DNA from: Mobula hypostoma
Taxonomy: Eukaryota
Direction of reading: 5' to 3'
Assembly: GCF_963921235.1 (NCBI RefSeq)
Contig: NC_086097.1
Span: 199,208,001 to 199,272,000, forward strand
DNA: 64,000 nt
The notes under the pieces are model-generated. The model was not told the DNA's origin, ran no database searches, and was given only the letters and a program-made list of their open reading frames with translations. A program made the position numbers and the translations under genes. Of this stretch, positions 63,601 to 64,000 are shown piece by piece (the stretch's first letter is position 1; each line of letters begins with the position of its first letter).

Positions 63601-64000
63601 TATGAGGGGTGATTGATAAGTTGGTGGCCTAAGGTAGAAGGAGTCAATTTTAGAAAACCTAGCACATTTATTTTTCAACATAGTCCCCTCCTACATGTAC
63701 ACACTTAGTCCAGCGGTCGTGGAGCATACGGATCCCTTCTTTATAGAAGTGATCCACAGCAGGAGTGATTGATAAGTTTGTGCACGAGAGTGTCTTGGAC
63801 CTCCAGGTGGCCCACAGCAGGGGTGATTGATAAGTTCTACCTTTTAAGGTAGAAGGAGATGAGTTATACAGCTCTCGTTACATGCACGTGCAGTTCAATT
63901 CTTTGAGTGAAAATGCAGAAAGTTTGAAGTTTCTTCTCATCTGCTTCTACTTTAGGCCATGAACTTATCAATCACTCCTGCTGTGGACCACTTCTGGAGG
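63601..64000. mobile_element. Mariner-type MITE, truncated by the window end
   Basis: Starts TA-TGAGGGGTGATTGATAAGTT (mariner TACGAGGG-like end) and contains tttatttttcaacatagtcccc. The terminal motif is reiterated internally. Confidence 0.7.

Overview
Eukaryotic (vertebrate) genomic DNA, about three-quarters transposable-element derived by eye. The TE mix suggests a cartilaginous fish, probably a ray or skate (inference): abundant CR1 LINEs with (TTTCTATG)n tails, V-SINEs, Rex1/Babar-like LINEs, RTE, L1, Penelope-like elements (PLEs) and Gypsy. Almost all long ORFs in the track belong to retroelements or to low-complexity repeats. Hidden between the repeats are short minus-strand GT-AG exons that splice in phase into the C-terminus of an unidentified host protein (…FHQAIKSQDPQCWPALTGLLAR|VGIKLDYCEQASSNCNLYTTQKK|LMKDVIKILNKVDDFSAS|RCIDQ*), so most of the window is probably intronic. 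The most interesting signal is a PLE system. A 5'-truncated RT+GIY-YIG PLE carries a minimal type I hammerhead ribozyme in its pseudo-LTR, and at least six tiny ORF-less PLE insertions occur, most of them fold-back hairpins, several with clean 14-15 bp TSDs. Several fold-back junctions fall in or next to the hammerhead, and one hairpin has captured an 83-bp copy of nearby host DNA as its loop. Also present are multi-level nested insertions datable by TSDs, two solo LTRs (one with a frame-preserving 69/72-bp minisatellite), a CsRN1-like Gypsy provirus, a decayed full-length L1, Tc1/mariner relics and a 2.4-kb C-rich satellite. All calls come from manual motif reading and no database searches were run. 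Boundaries of old elements are approximate.
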